Part shown: in pieces, positions 1 through 7,136 of the stretch
How the letters are laid out: every line of letters starts with the position of its first letter
Position numbering within the stretch: position 1 is the stretch's first letter
Virus record (IMG/VR): IMGVR_UViG_3300045988_143098
Origin: a virus
Direction: 5' to 3' (one strand)
DNA length: 59,008 nucleotides
Made by a program: the position numbers and the translations under genes
Notes under the pieces: generated by a model
The model's database searches: none
Seen by the model: the letters and a program-made list of their open reading frames with translations, nothing else
What the model was told of the DNA's origin: nothing

Positions 1-12
1 CCCCAAAACACG

Positions 13-38
13 AAAAAAGCCCTGCAAAATGCAAGGCT
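13..38 (-). terminator. Rho-independent terminator of the tRNA (inside att repeat)
   Basis: Minus strand AGCCTTGCA-TTTT-TGCAGGGCT followed by TTTTTT directly after the CCA end. Confidence 0.75.
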
Positions 39-40
39 TA

Positions 41-84
41 TGGAGCTGATAACCAGATTTGAACTGGTGACCTCATCCTTACCA
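41..84 (-). tRNA. 3' fragment of a tRNA-Thr(GGU)-like gene (positions 33-76 incl. CCA); truncated, no 5' half follows
   Basis: Reverse complement reads T GGT AA / GGATG / AGGTC / ACCAG TTCAAAT CTGGT / TATCAGC T CCA = anticodon loop, anticodon-stem 3' strand, variable loop, T-arm, acceptor 3' strand, CCA. Bases 85-120 cannot supply pairing 5' strands. Confidence 0.75.
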
Positions 85-182
85 ATCAGTAATTAACATT
101 TAGGGAATCACGATTCTATTTCCATAACCGTAAGATAACCAAAGTTCCTCGCGCTATTCGGGAAATTTTGTTTATCTCACAG

Positions 183-205
183 TCGAAAATCGCATCCCCT
201 TTTAT
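183..205 (+). promoter_or_regulatory. Phage promoter-like motif copy A (TCGAAA-N11-TTTTAT)
   Basis: AGTCGAAAATCGCATCCCCTTTTATGAG, 35 nt upstream of ATG 240; same geometry as 9 other copies. Confidence 0.55.
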
Positions 206-239
206 GAGAGCGTATGAATCTTGTAAAAGGAGGTTGACT

Positions 240-434
240 ATGAAGCGGTATGCTTATATTGGCCCGGTGCTGGTGTTTGGTAAGATTACGAACCCGAAAT
301 GGAGCGGCGAAACTTTAGCCGTAAGTTTCGATAAGGCAAAGTCTAACTTGATGTACCAGTATAAAAAGCAAACTGGGCGAACAAAGAATGTAAAGATAGA
401 ATTTACAGGAAAAATATACGTTGTCGAAGAGTAA
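240..434 (+). CDS. hypothetical small protein (64 aa)
   Basis: ATG 240 preceded by AAAGGAGG; in frame within track ORF 168..434; hairpin terminator follows. Confidence 0.7.
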   Translation: MKRYAYIGPVLVFGKITNPKWSGETLAVSFDKAKSNLMYQYKKQTGRTKNVKIEFTGKIYVVEE

Positions 435-467
435 AGTCGAAGGAAATAATTTCTTCGACTTTTTTAT
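434..467 (+). terminator. intrinsic terminator
   Basis: AAGTCGAAG-loop-CTTCGACTT followed by T run. Confidence 0.8.
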
Positions 468-558
468 TTCCGCATGCATATTTTTGACTAAAAATGCATA
501 ACATATTACTACCGAGGGATGAAGTCTCCCCGGTAAATGAAAAGGAGGAAACGGTAAC

Positions 559-975
559 ATGAGTGAACGAGCTGAACTGAGCCGTAAGAACCCGTACTGG
601 ATTCCCCGTCATCGTTACTATGAGCTGAAGCACTTCTGCTTGCAGTTCCGTGACTACCAGCACAGGTGCCTTGAACTGGACGGAATGAGCAATTGCCATC
701 CTGCAGTTAGGGAAATTCAAAATGGTGTACAAAGCGCAGGCGAATTCACGGTTTCTCAGGCTATTGAGCGAGCCAGATTCGCCAAGTACATTGACATCAT
801 CGAATCTGCTGCTGAAGAAGCTGCTCCCGGTCTGTCAAAGTGGTTGTTAATCGGGGTGACGCAAAACGCCCATTACGACATCTTGAAACTTAGATTTGGG
901 ATTCCGTGCGGGAAAGATATGTACTACAACGTTTACCGTCGTTTCTTCTACATTCTGGATAAAAAACGCGAATAA
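559..975 (+). CDS. putative phage transcription regulator (sigma r4 / ArpU / RinA-like), weak call
   Basis: 138 aa, SD AAAGGAGG. The PYWIPRHRYYELKHFCLQFRDY and C-terminal YNVYRRFFYILD segments recall phage late-activator proteins (memory only). Confidence 0.4.
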   Translation: MSERAELSRKNPYWIPRHRYYELKHFCLQFRDYQHRCLELDGMSNCHPAVREIQNGVQSAGEFTVSQAIERARFAKYIDIIESAAEEAAPGLSKWLLIGVTQNAHYDILKLRFGIPCGKDMYYNVYRRFFYILDKKRE

Positions 976-985
976 CCAACTCTCT

Positions 986-1016
986 GAGAGATTTCGACTT
1001 GAAATCTCTCTTTTTC
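986..1016 (+). terminator. intrinsic terminator
   Basis: GAGAGATTT-CGACTTG-AAATCTCTC then TTTTT. Confidence 0.85.
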
Positions 1017-1081
1017 TTAGAATAACCGTACGCACTCTACCATTCTGTATGCTATTTTAGTAATGAGGAGGACACTTAAAA

Positions 1082-3055
1082 ATGGATTATATCGAGAAGC
1101 AAGCTATTGCGAAACGTATGACGTGGACTAATGAATTTGGTTGCAACGTTGCCAAGGCATACGACGAAATCAACTGCAACGACCCGGAGCATCATGACCT
1201 CAACCGAGAAAATGGGAACATCAACGGGAATACCCCAATGGGGGCAATGCTCCACATGGGCAGTGTTGCCGCAAAGGAGTATTACTTAGACGCAGACGTT
1301 GTTCCGCCGGAATACGCCCGTCTCCATCGGGAAGGCTACATTCATATTCATGACCTTGACTTCTACGGCTGGACAACGACCTGCACGCAGATCGACCTCC
1401 TGAAGCTGTTTCAAAATGGGTTTGACACGGGACATGGTCATCTTCGCGAACCAAAATCCATTGGCAGTTACGCTGCTCTCGCCGCCATTGCCATTCAGTC
1501 GAATCAGAATGACCAGCACGGTGGGCAGGCAATCGTAAATTTCGACTATGCGATGGCTGTGGGGGTTAAGCTAACTTACGAGAAGTATTACGATGAGGCT
1601 CATTCTATCCTCGAAAACCTTAGAAACGATAGCGGTGTAACGTTCAAACTCGCCTGCGGTCGTTCCAAATGGATACGGAACTACGCCACAGAGAAGACCA
1701 GGCGCGACACCTATCAGGCGATGGAGGGTTTTATCCACAATCTAAACACTATGCACAGTCGAGCCGGTGCTCAAGTCCCCTTCAGTTCTATCAACTACGG
1801 GATGGACACTTCTTGGGAAGGCAGACTTGCAATCGAGCAGCTTCTTCTTGCTACTGAGGCAGGATTGGGACATGGCGAAACTCCTATCTTCCCCATTCAG
1901 ATTTTCAGGGTTAAGGAGGGTATCAACTATAATCCCGGAGACCCGAACTACGACCTGTATCGACTTGCCATTCGAGTATCTGCAAAGCGATTGTTTCCGA
2001 ACTTCGCTTTCGTGGATGCTCCTTTTAATTTGCAGTATTATAAGCCCGGGCATCCTGAAACTGAAATTGCCTATATGGGATGCAGGACGCGGGTGATTGG
2101 GAACGTCTACGACCCTACTCGTGAGATTTGCAATCAGCGCGGGAATCTCTCATTCACAACAATCAATCTTCCTCGCTTAGCGCTTGACCTTCGAGATAGC
2201 GGTAACTCTGACATTGTCCCTGCGTTCCTGAACCGTGTCTCGGTAATGACGCATACTGTAATCCTCCAACTTATGGCAAGATTCAGAGTTCAAGCACAAC
2301 GCAAGGTTAAGAATTTTCCATTCTTGATGGGGCAAGGTGTGTGGCTCGATTCTGAAAAGCTAAATCCGGAAGATACCCTTGAAACGGTTCTAAAGCATGG
2401 CACACTAAGTGTTGGCTTCATTGGATTGGCTGAGGCGCTGAAATGCCTGATTGGGGTTCACCACGGTGAAAGTGAAGATGCACAAAAGTTGGGTTTGCGG
2501 ATTATTTCTATGATTCGTTCGATTTGCGATGCCGAATCGCAAAAATATGGAATGAACATCACCTGTCTCGCAACGCCAGCTGAGGGCCTCTCCGGGCGTT
2601 TCGTCAAAATGGATAGAGAAAAGTACGGGAACATTCCGGGCGTTACAGATAAAGAATACTATACAAACAGTTTTCACGTTCCCGTATATTACAAAATCGG
2701 AGCATATGATAAAATTAGAATAGAAGCTCCCTACCATGCGCTAACAAACGGCGGGCACATTACCTACATCGAAATGGATGGAGACCCTACAAAGAACCTT
2801 GACGCCTTTGAGATAGTGATTCGCTGTATGCATGATAACGGAATTGGCTACGGCAGTATTAACCATCCCGTAGACCGTGACCCAGTATGCGGATACACCG
2901 GAATCATCAACGACACATGCCCCAAATGCGGTCGCATTGAAGGCGATGTTCCGTTTGAGCGCATTCGTCGCATCACCGGTTACCTTGTTGGAAACATGAG
3001 CAAATGGAACGACGCAAAGCGTGCAGAGGAACGTGACCGAGTAAAGCATCTCTAA
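1082..3055 (+). CDS. nrdD: anaerobic ribonucleoside-triphosphate reductase (class III RNR)
   Basis: 657 aa; HREGYIHIHDLDF motif; C-terminal CPKCG zinc site and glycyl-radical motif RRITGYLVG. Confidence 0.95.
   Translation: MDYIEKQAIAKRMTWTNEFGCNVAKAYDEINCNDPEHHDLNRENGNINGNTPMGAMLHMGSVAAKEYYLDADVVPPEYARLHREGYIHIHDLDFYGWTTTCTQIDLLKLFQNGFDTGHGHLREPKSIGSYAALAAIAIQSNQNDQHGGQAIVNFDYAMAVGVKLTYEKYYDEAHSILENLRNDSGVTFKLACGRSKWIRNYATEKTRRDTYQAMEGFIHNLNTMHSRAGAQVPFSSINYGMDTSWEGRLAIEQLLLATEAGLGHGETPIFPIQIFRVKEGINYNPGDPNYDLYRLAIRVSAKRLFPNFAFVDAPFNLQYYKPGHPETEIAYMGCRTRVIGNVYDPTREICNQRGNLSFTTINLPRLALDLRDSGNSDIVPAFLNRVSVMTHTVILQLMARFRVQAQRKVKNFPFLMGQGVWLDSEKLNPEDTLETVLKHGTLSVGFIGLAEALKCLIGVHHGESEDAQKLGLRIISMIRSICDAESQKYGMNITCLATPAEGLSGRFVKMDREKYGNIPGVTDKEYYTNSFHVPVYYKIGAYDKIRIEAPYHALTNGGHITYIEMDGDPTKNLDAFEIVIRCMHDNGIGYGSINHPVDRDPVCGYTGIINDTCPKCGRIEGDVPFERIRRITGYLVGNMSKWNDAKRAEERDRVKHL
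1091..1131 (+). repeat. 41-bp exact direct repeat, copy 1 (inside nrdD codons 4-17)
   Basis: ATCGAGAAGCAAGCTATTGCGAAACGTATGACGTGGACTAA identical to 37735-37775. Confidence 0.95.
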
Positions 3056-3058
3056 TCG

Positions 3059-3081
3059 ACGAAAAAAGCAGTCACTATTAT
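3059..3081 (+). promoter_or_regulatory. Promoter-like motif copy J, degenerate (ACGAAA-N11-TATTAT)
   Basis: ACGAAAAAAGCAGTCACTATTATGG directly after the nrdD stop, 38 nt before ATG 3119. Confidence 0.4.
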
Positions 3082-3118
3082 GGAGAACCAATCTTATAGA
3101 TTGAAAGGAGAACTCTAT

Positions 3119-3502
3119 ATGAACGACCGACTAAAGGCTGAACTCGATGAGGAGTTTGACAAGCTGAATGCTCTTGGTCCCAGTGATGAAGGCTATAAGG
3201 AAGCAACTGAGCGGTTCACCAAGGTCTACTCCCTCTATCTGGAGGGAGAAAAGAATCAGGCAGAGGCCGAATTCAAGAAGCTACAAATTCAAAATGATGA
3301 GCTTATGAAAAAGGCTCAACTGTCTGAAACGAAAAAAGACAGATGGTGGAAAGTGGGGCTTGGCGTGGTTAGCTTAGTGCTGCCATTAGCCATTCAAACA
3401 GTGTGGTATAAGATGGGTATGAAGTTTGAAGAAACTGGCTCGTTTAGTTCTGCTTGTAGCAGGTCCATCTTCGGGAACCTGTTCAAGAATAAGACAAAGT
3501 GA
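3119..3502 (+). CDS. hypothetical coiled-coil protein with C-terminal TM helix
   Basis: ATG 3119 after GAAAGGAG; WWKVGLGVVSLVLPLAIQTVWY hydrophobic helix. Confidence 0.7.
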   Translation: MNDRLKAELDEEFDKLNALGPSDEGYKEATERFTKVYSLYLEGEKNQAEAEFKKLQIQNDELMKKAQLSETKKDRWWKVGLGVVSLVLPLAIQTVWYKMGMKFEETGSFSSACSRSIFGNLFKNKTK

Positions 3503-3552
3503 CTCAAAGGGAGGATGCCTGACTTTACAGGTACTCTTCCTTTTTCCATTTG

Positions 3553-3575
3553 TCGAAAAATGCAAGTTGTATAAT
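3553..3575 (+). promoter_or_regulatory. Promoter-like motif copy B (TCGAAA-N11-TATAAT) plus 5' hairpin 3578-3590
   Basis: TTGTCGAAAAATGCAAGTTGTATAATGAAGGGTATTACCCTATCAAATTTTAGGAGG, nearly identical to copy F. Confidence 0.65.
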
Positions 3576-3614
3576 GAAGGGTATTACCCTATCAAATTTT
3601 AGGAGGATGTTTTA

Positions 3615-3878
3615 ATGTTGCACGACTTACTTGAACTTGCTAAAGAAGTGACCATGGATCTCCGTCCTGAGGCTGGATACACCGACTACGAGTTGAACAT
3701 CGTTGGGGGTATCATAGTCGCCTGCGAGCTACCCGGTATGGTGATGGCGGCGATTTGTATCGGACTTTTCGACTTCGTTCGTAAGGTATTCCGGCATATC
3801 TCTGGAGGAAAGATGGCAAACGATGAGAGTTCAAATAACGTTGTTGACTTTCCCACCCCTAATGAAGATGATAAGTAA
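3615..3878 (+). CDS. small single-TM membrane protein, cassette family member
   Basis: 87 aa; AGGAGG SD; VGGIIVACELPGMVMAAICIGLF helix; shares promoter and terminator modules with 7137 and 14170 genes. Confidence 0.75.
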   Translation: MLHDLLELAKEVTMDLRPEAGYTDYELNIVGGIIVACELPGMVMAAICIGLFDFVRKVFRHISGGKMANDESSNNVVDFPTPNEDDK

Positions 3879-3885
3879 ACCCACG

Positions 3886-3921
3886 AGGAAAGATGCTGAT
3901 AACAAGGCATCTTTCTTTTTC
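3886..3921 (+). terminator. intrinsic terminator, conserved cassette type
   Basis: AGGAAAGATGC-TGATAACAAG-GCATCTTTCT then T run; same 10-nt loop at 7411 and 14492. Confidence 0.85.
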
Positions 3922-3926
3922 TAAAA

Positions 3927-3949
3927 TCGAAAAATTCAAGTTGTATAAT
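3927..3949 (+). promoter_or_regulatory. Promoter-like motif copy C (TCGAAA-N11-TATAAT) plus hairpin 3952-3963
   Basis: ATCGAAAAATTCAAGTTGTATAATGAAGGGACTACCCTATC. Confidence 0.6.
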
Positions 3950-3987
3950 GAAGGGACTACCCTATCAAAAATTGGAGGTAATTAAAA

Positions 3988-4107
3988 ATGGATATTGGTT
4001 CTTTTCTCATTGGCGTAGGTCTTACTATGGCAGCGACTTGTCGTGCTTTACTTGATAAATTTATCTGGTCTTTACTTAAATCTATCTGGATACAAAGAAA
4101 AAGATGA
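3988..4107 (+). CDS. 39-aa hydrophobic peptide (below ORF-track cutoff)
   Basis: ATG 3988 after TTGGAGG; MDIGSFLIGVGLTMAATCRALLDKFIWSLLKSIWIQRKR; own promoter copy C. Confidence 0.55.
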   Translation: MDIGSFLIGVGLTMAATCRALLDKFIWSLLKSIWIQRKR

Positions 4108-4196
4108 ATGAAGTGAACGACAAGTTGACCACACTCGAAAATACGCTAATCAAACAGGAACAATCGGAGAAAGACTAAATTAGATAGACATCCCTT

Positions 4197-4234
4197 AACA
4201 AACGACACCGTTTACAAGGTGTCATTTGTTTTCA
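4197..4234 (+). terminator. intrinsic terminator
   Basis: AACAAACGACACC-loop-GGTGTCATTTGTT then TTC. Confidence 0.7.
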
Positions 4235-4250
4235 AAAAGTCGACAAAAAG

Positions 4251-4273
4251 TCGACAAAAACATGTTGTATTAT
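4251..4273 (+). promoter_or_regulatory. Promoter-like motif copy D (TCGACA-N11-TATTAT), upstream block duplicated at 4240-4245
   Basis: AAAGTCGACAAAAAGTCGACAAAAACATGTTGTATTATGGG. Confidence 0.5.
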
Positions 4274-4304
4274 GGGAACCTAATAAATTTAAGGAGGTAT
4301 TTCC

Positions 4305-4580
4305 ATGAGAAATACGGTTTTCTTGTACGGGTTCACAAACATGCATGAGATGCACGGATGCTACTTCATCTGCTGCGAAGAGCTCAGTATTCAGAGAATC
4401 AAGAGCATAGCGAAGCTCATCGTCACGGAATATCCTGACGTGAAGCGTGTCTATGCGATTGATAATCGGAGAGGGCTCCGCAGAGAGTTCTTGGAAGCTG
4501 TCACATCTAAGGTGTTTGTGGACCGATTCGTGTTCGAGGACACCTGTAAGACGGAAGGGTTGCTTGTCTTAGAAATCTAA
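4305..4580 (+). CDS. hypothetical protein (91 aa)
   Basis: AAGGAGG SD; no recognisable motifs. Confidence 0.7.
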   Translation: MRNTVFLYGFTNMHEMHGCYFICCEELSIQRIKSIAKLIVTEYPDVKRVYAIDNRRGLRREFLEAVTSKVFVDRFVFEDTCKTEGLLVLEI

Positions 4581-4647
4581 GTTCCAAAGCGGAGGAGGTT
4601 GACAAAGCCTCTTCTGTTTTCATTGATATTTGAAAGGAGACTCCAAA

Positions 4648-5007
4648 ATGCGATACCATTTTGAGCGCCCGGTTAAAACAACTTCCCAGCATGGCGAGAC
4701 ATACCTGTGCGACCATCCTGTTTACAGTAGATGCACATTGTATAAGCTCGGAAATCGTGGACTTGCAGTGATTCAGCAGCGATACATTCGAGCTAACAAG
4801 GCTACGATTTGGCGAGAAATCTACCCTTGGCTCACAGATTCTATTTACTATGCACCGGGGTTCAATGAGTTCTTCAACGAGCGTGCTGGCGAAGCCGTTG
4901 ATGGTATCTATCCCACAGTAACTGTGCGCCAATTGATGTGGGCGCTCAAAATGAAGCCGCTTGAAAAGGAAAGATGGGAAACAGTGTTCGACCGGCGTGA
5001 TATTTGA
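4648..5007 (+). CDS. hypothetical protein (119 aa)
   Basis: ATG 4648 after AAAGGAGA; in frame within track ORF 4630..5007. Confidence 0.75.
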   Translation: MRYHFERPVKTTSQHGETYLCDHPVYSRCTLYKLGNRGLAVIQQRYIRANKATIWREIYPWLTDSIYYAPGFNEFFNERAGEAVDGIYPTVTVRQLMWALKMKPLEKERWETVFDRRDI

Positions 5008-5020
5008 GGAGGCAGTATAT

Positions 5021-5410
5021 ATGAAATTTTTCGATTATAATCCTGATAATACCGCATGGTACATCTACATTGACTACGAAAAACGTACTCCCTACTACAT
5101 TGACAACAGCGGTGTAAACATTATTGTTTGTCGAGATTATAAGCATGTACTGGATTCATTTCTGGTCGCATCTCATGCTACTGAGGGGACATTTGTTGCT
5201 GATATTCCTGTGGACACTTTGGGCGTCAGAGTTGTATCCTGTTTGCGCGATTTGGAGCAGCTTCGCCCATATTTGGTTCGCATTCACATCGACCCCGTAG
5301 GCGTTGTTGAAAAGCGCAAGTCAATCAAAAACATCATTGATATTTTGGAAAGTTATAACTACAAAGTCGAAGTTTACAATTCCTATAATGGAGAACCCAT
5401 TACAATTTAA
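5021..5410 (+). CDS. hypothetical protein (129 aa)
   Basis: ATG 5021 after GAGGAGG; in frame within track ORF 4961..5410. Confidence 0.75.
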   Translation: MKFFDYNPDNTAWYIYIDYEKRTPYYIDNSGVNIIVCRDYKHVLDSFLVASHATEGTFVADIPVDTLGVRVVSCLRDLEQLRPYLVRIHIDPVGVVEKRKSIKNIIDILESYNYKVEVYNSYNGEPITI

Positions 5411-5422
5411 GGAGGCGTAATC

Positions 5423-5779
5423 ATGCGTATCTACGTTATCCCCGATGAGAACGAAACGAAGTTTCAGTCGTTCAAACGGAAGGCGAAGGAAAAGTTCGAC
5501 AATGGAATTGATGCGATTAAGCAGCACAAGGAGGAAATCATTGAGATTGCTCCGTTAGCTTTGGGCGCACTGGCTGTGACGGCAAAAGTCATTACAAAGT
5601 CCGTGCATCTGAAGCAGGAGCGTGATTTGAAAGACCGCTTTGTCTGGGACAATCATCTTGGGCATTATTGGAAAACCAAACGGAAACTTTCCAACAACGA
5701 ATGGCTGGAAGTGGAGCGTCGTAAGAAATTGGGCGAGGACATCGGAACCATTTTGCGTTCTATGAAACTGCTGAGGTAA
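5423..5779 (+). CDS. hypothetical membrane-associated protein (118 aa)
   Basis: AAGGAGG SD; IIEIAPLALGALAVTAKVI hydrophobic segment. Confidence 0.75.
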   Translation: MRIYVIPDENETKFQSFKRKAKEKFDNGIDAIKQHKEEIIEIAPLALGALAVTAKVITKSVHLKQERDLKDRFVWDNHLGHYWKTKRKLSNNEWLEVERRKKLGEDIGTILRSMKLLR

Positions 5780-5785
5780 CCCCAC

Positions 5786-5822
5786 ACGGAAGGTCGTTTA
5801 GTACAGCGACTTTTCCGTTTCT
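5786..5822 (+). terminator. probable intrinsic terminator
   Basis: CGGAAGGTCG-loop-CGACTTTTCCG (G-U pairs, one bulge) then TTT. Confidence 0.55.
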
Positions 5823-5831
5823 CCTAAAAAG

Positions 5832-5854
5832 TCGAAAATTGCAACTCTTATTAT
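5832..5854 (+). promoter_or_regulatory. Promoter-like motif copy E (TCGAAA-N11-TATTAT) plus hairpin 5858-5869
   Basis: AGTCGAAAATTGCAACTCTTATTATGAAAGAGGTTGCTCTTGAC. Confidence 0.6.
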
Positions 5855-5895
5855 GAAAGAGGTTGCTCTTGACAAAAATTTTAGGAGGAATGACT

Positions 5896-6024
5896 ATGTT
5901 GCTTTTGGATTTGTTTTTCTACGGTTTCTTGTTCTGTGTGTTTTGTTTGGTAATTAAAAGAGCCGTACAACTAACGTTCAGATTCATCAATAGCCTATTT
6001 GATAAGATTAATAACATGCTGTAA
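5896..6024 (+). CDS. 42-aa hydrophobic peptide (below ORF-track cutoff)
   Basis: ATG 5896 after TAGGAGG; MLLLDLFFYGFLFCVFCLVIKRAV...; own promoter and terminator. Confidence 0.6.
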   Translation: MLLLDLFFYGFLFCVFCLVIKRAVQLTFRFINSLFDKINNML

Positions 6025-6033
6025 TCTCACGAC

Positions 6034-6078
6034 AAAGGAATTGGCTGAAATTGCAATCAGCCTTTCCTTTTGCTTTTT
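6034..6078 (+). terminator. intrinsic terminator
   Basis: AAAGGAATTGGCTGA-loop-TCAGCCTTTCCTTT then T-rich run. Confidence 0.8.
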
Positions 6079-6102
6079 CAAAATAAAAGGAGGGCTCATT
6101 CT

Positions 6103-6315
6103 ATGGAATTTGGAAAGAAGCTCGGCTTAATCGGTGGCATGATTGGTGGAAACACTAAGAATCCGTCGATTCTGAAAGAGATTCTGGGTTCACCGGATGA
6201 CTTCAAAATCGAGGCATCAATCGAAGATGGCGAACTTGTCATTCGCGTTCGACGGAAAACAGTCGCCGTCACTCGGAGAAAAAAGAAAGTCGTCAGGCGC
6301 TTACCCGGTGCTTGA
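6103..6315 (+). CDS. hypothetical protein with basic C-terminus (70 aa)
   Basis: ATG 6103 after AAAGGAGGG; RRKTVAVTRRKKKVVRR tail. Confidence 0.65.
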   Translation: MEFGKKLGLIGGMIGGNTKNPSILKEILGSPDDFKIEASIEDGELVIRVRRKTVAVTRRKKKVVRRLPGA

Positions 6316-6341
6316 TTACTACACAACAAGGAGGTATTTCT

Positions 6342-7064
6342 ATGGATATTCTGGGGTTTCTGAAGAAAAATCGGGCGTTCATCGGAACTTGCGGAGGCAT
6401 TCTTGGCACAATCGGAACTGGAATTCTTGCCGCAAGAGCTGCTTTGCGTGCCGACAAAGAACTCAACGGCAACACGTTGTCCGATGGAAAGGAAAAACTG
6501 AGAGTCATCGCAAAACATGCAAGTCTTCCGATGCTGTCGTGTGTATTTACTTCCTTTTGTATTCTTGATGCGCATAACACGCATGTTAAATTCGAGAATA
6601 GTCTCATTTCAAGTGGCGTTGCGTTGTGCGGACTTCTTCAGCAAACACAGCATGAGAAACGCCTTAATGCACCAAGCGAGCTTCTTGAAGAAGGTGATGC
6701 CACTTCTCAGTATGCTCTATTCCGCGAAATAAACACCGGATTGATATTTAATGCATCGGTTGATGACGTACTCGCCGCATGTAGAGACTTGAATCGCGGC
6801 ATCTACATCAATGGTTCGTCTACGCTTGGCGAGTTCTTTGAGTTCCTGAACATTGATTACATTTCTAAGGATGCGAAGAAAGCTGAGCCTGATTGGGGAT
6901 GGACGCCGGGGTACTGCGAAGAGTATTACATTATGCCATACGTCGAATTCGAGTACAAAAAAGTAGAGTTAGCTGACGGACGTGTCGTCATTGATATTTG
7001 TCCGGTAATCCCGCCGATACCACCAGATATGCTGGATGCTTACGACTCTTTCGGCGGTGCGTAA
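6342..7064 (+). CDS. 2-TM hairpin membrane protein, paralogue family member 1
   Basis: ATG 6342 after AAGGAGG. Two N-terminal hydrophobic helices plus C-terminal TLGEFFEFLNI...WGW module, shared with 10220, 13155 and 14736 genes. Confidence 0.8.
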   Translation: MDILGFLKKNRAFIGTCGGILGTIGTGILAARAALRADKELNGNTLSDGKEKLRVIAKHASLPMLSCVFTSFCILDAHNTHVKFENSLISSGVALCGLLQQTQHEKRLNAPSELLEEGDATSQYALFREINTGLIFNASVDDVLAACRDLNRGIYINGSSTLGEFFEFLNIDYISKDAKKAEPDWGWTPGYCEEYYIMPYVEFEYKKVELADGRVVIDICPVIPPIPPDMLDAYDSFGGA

Positions 7065-7073
7065 TTAGCATTT

Positions 7074-7096
7074 GTCGAAAATTGCAAGTTGTATAA
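7074..7096 (+). promoter_or_regulatory. Promoter-like motif copy F (TCGAAA-N11-TATAAT) plus hairpin 7099-7111
   Basis: Nearly identical to copy B over about 65 nt up to the start codon. Confidence 0.65.
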
Positions 7097-7136
7097 TGAA
7101 GGGTATTACCCTATCAAATTTTAGGAGGATGTTGGT

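Larger units (their letters stand above)
1..84. repeat. Left copy of 84-bp terminal direct repeat (attL, or attP seen twice if contig is circular)
   Basis: 1-84 is base-for-base identical to 58924-59007; contains tRNA 3' part plus its terminator. Confidence 0.95.

Noticed and set aside
3574-3615. 13-codon mini-ORF starting at the ATG embedded in TATAATG and ending in TAATG at the main start codon (also present in copy F)
   Set aside because: If the hexamer is a -10 element, this ATG lies upstream of the transcription start. The ATG is part of the conserved promoter motif in all copies, but the downstream frame is not conserved.
4104-4178. 24-codon ORF (MNEVNDKLTTLENTLIKQEQSEKD) overlapping the stop of the 39-aa peptide gene by ATGA
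   Set aside because: It is too short and featureless to support as a gene. It could equally be untranslated spacer before the terminator at 4197.
4598-4630. TTGACA hexamer upstream of the 4648 gene as a sigma-A promoter
   Set aside because: No acceptable -10 hexamer lies at 16-18 nt spacing, and the TTGACA sits inside the preceding terminator stem-loop.
7074-7096. Possible sigma-54 promoter because of the TTGCA core in the motif
   Set aside because: No GG dinucleotide lies 10 nt upstream (the motif has GTCGAAAATTGCA, not TGGCAC-N5-TTGCA), and no enhancer-binding protein is present.
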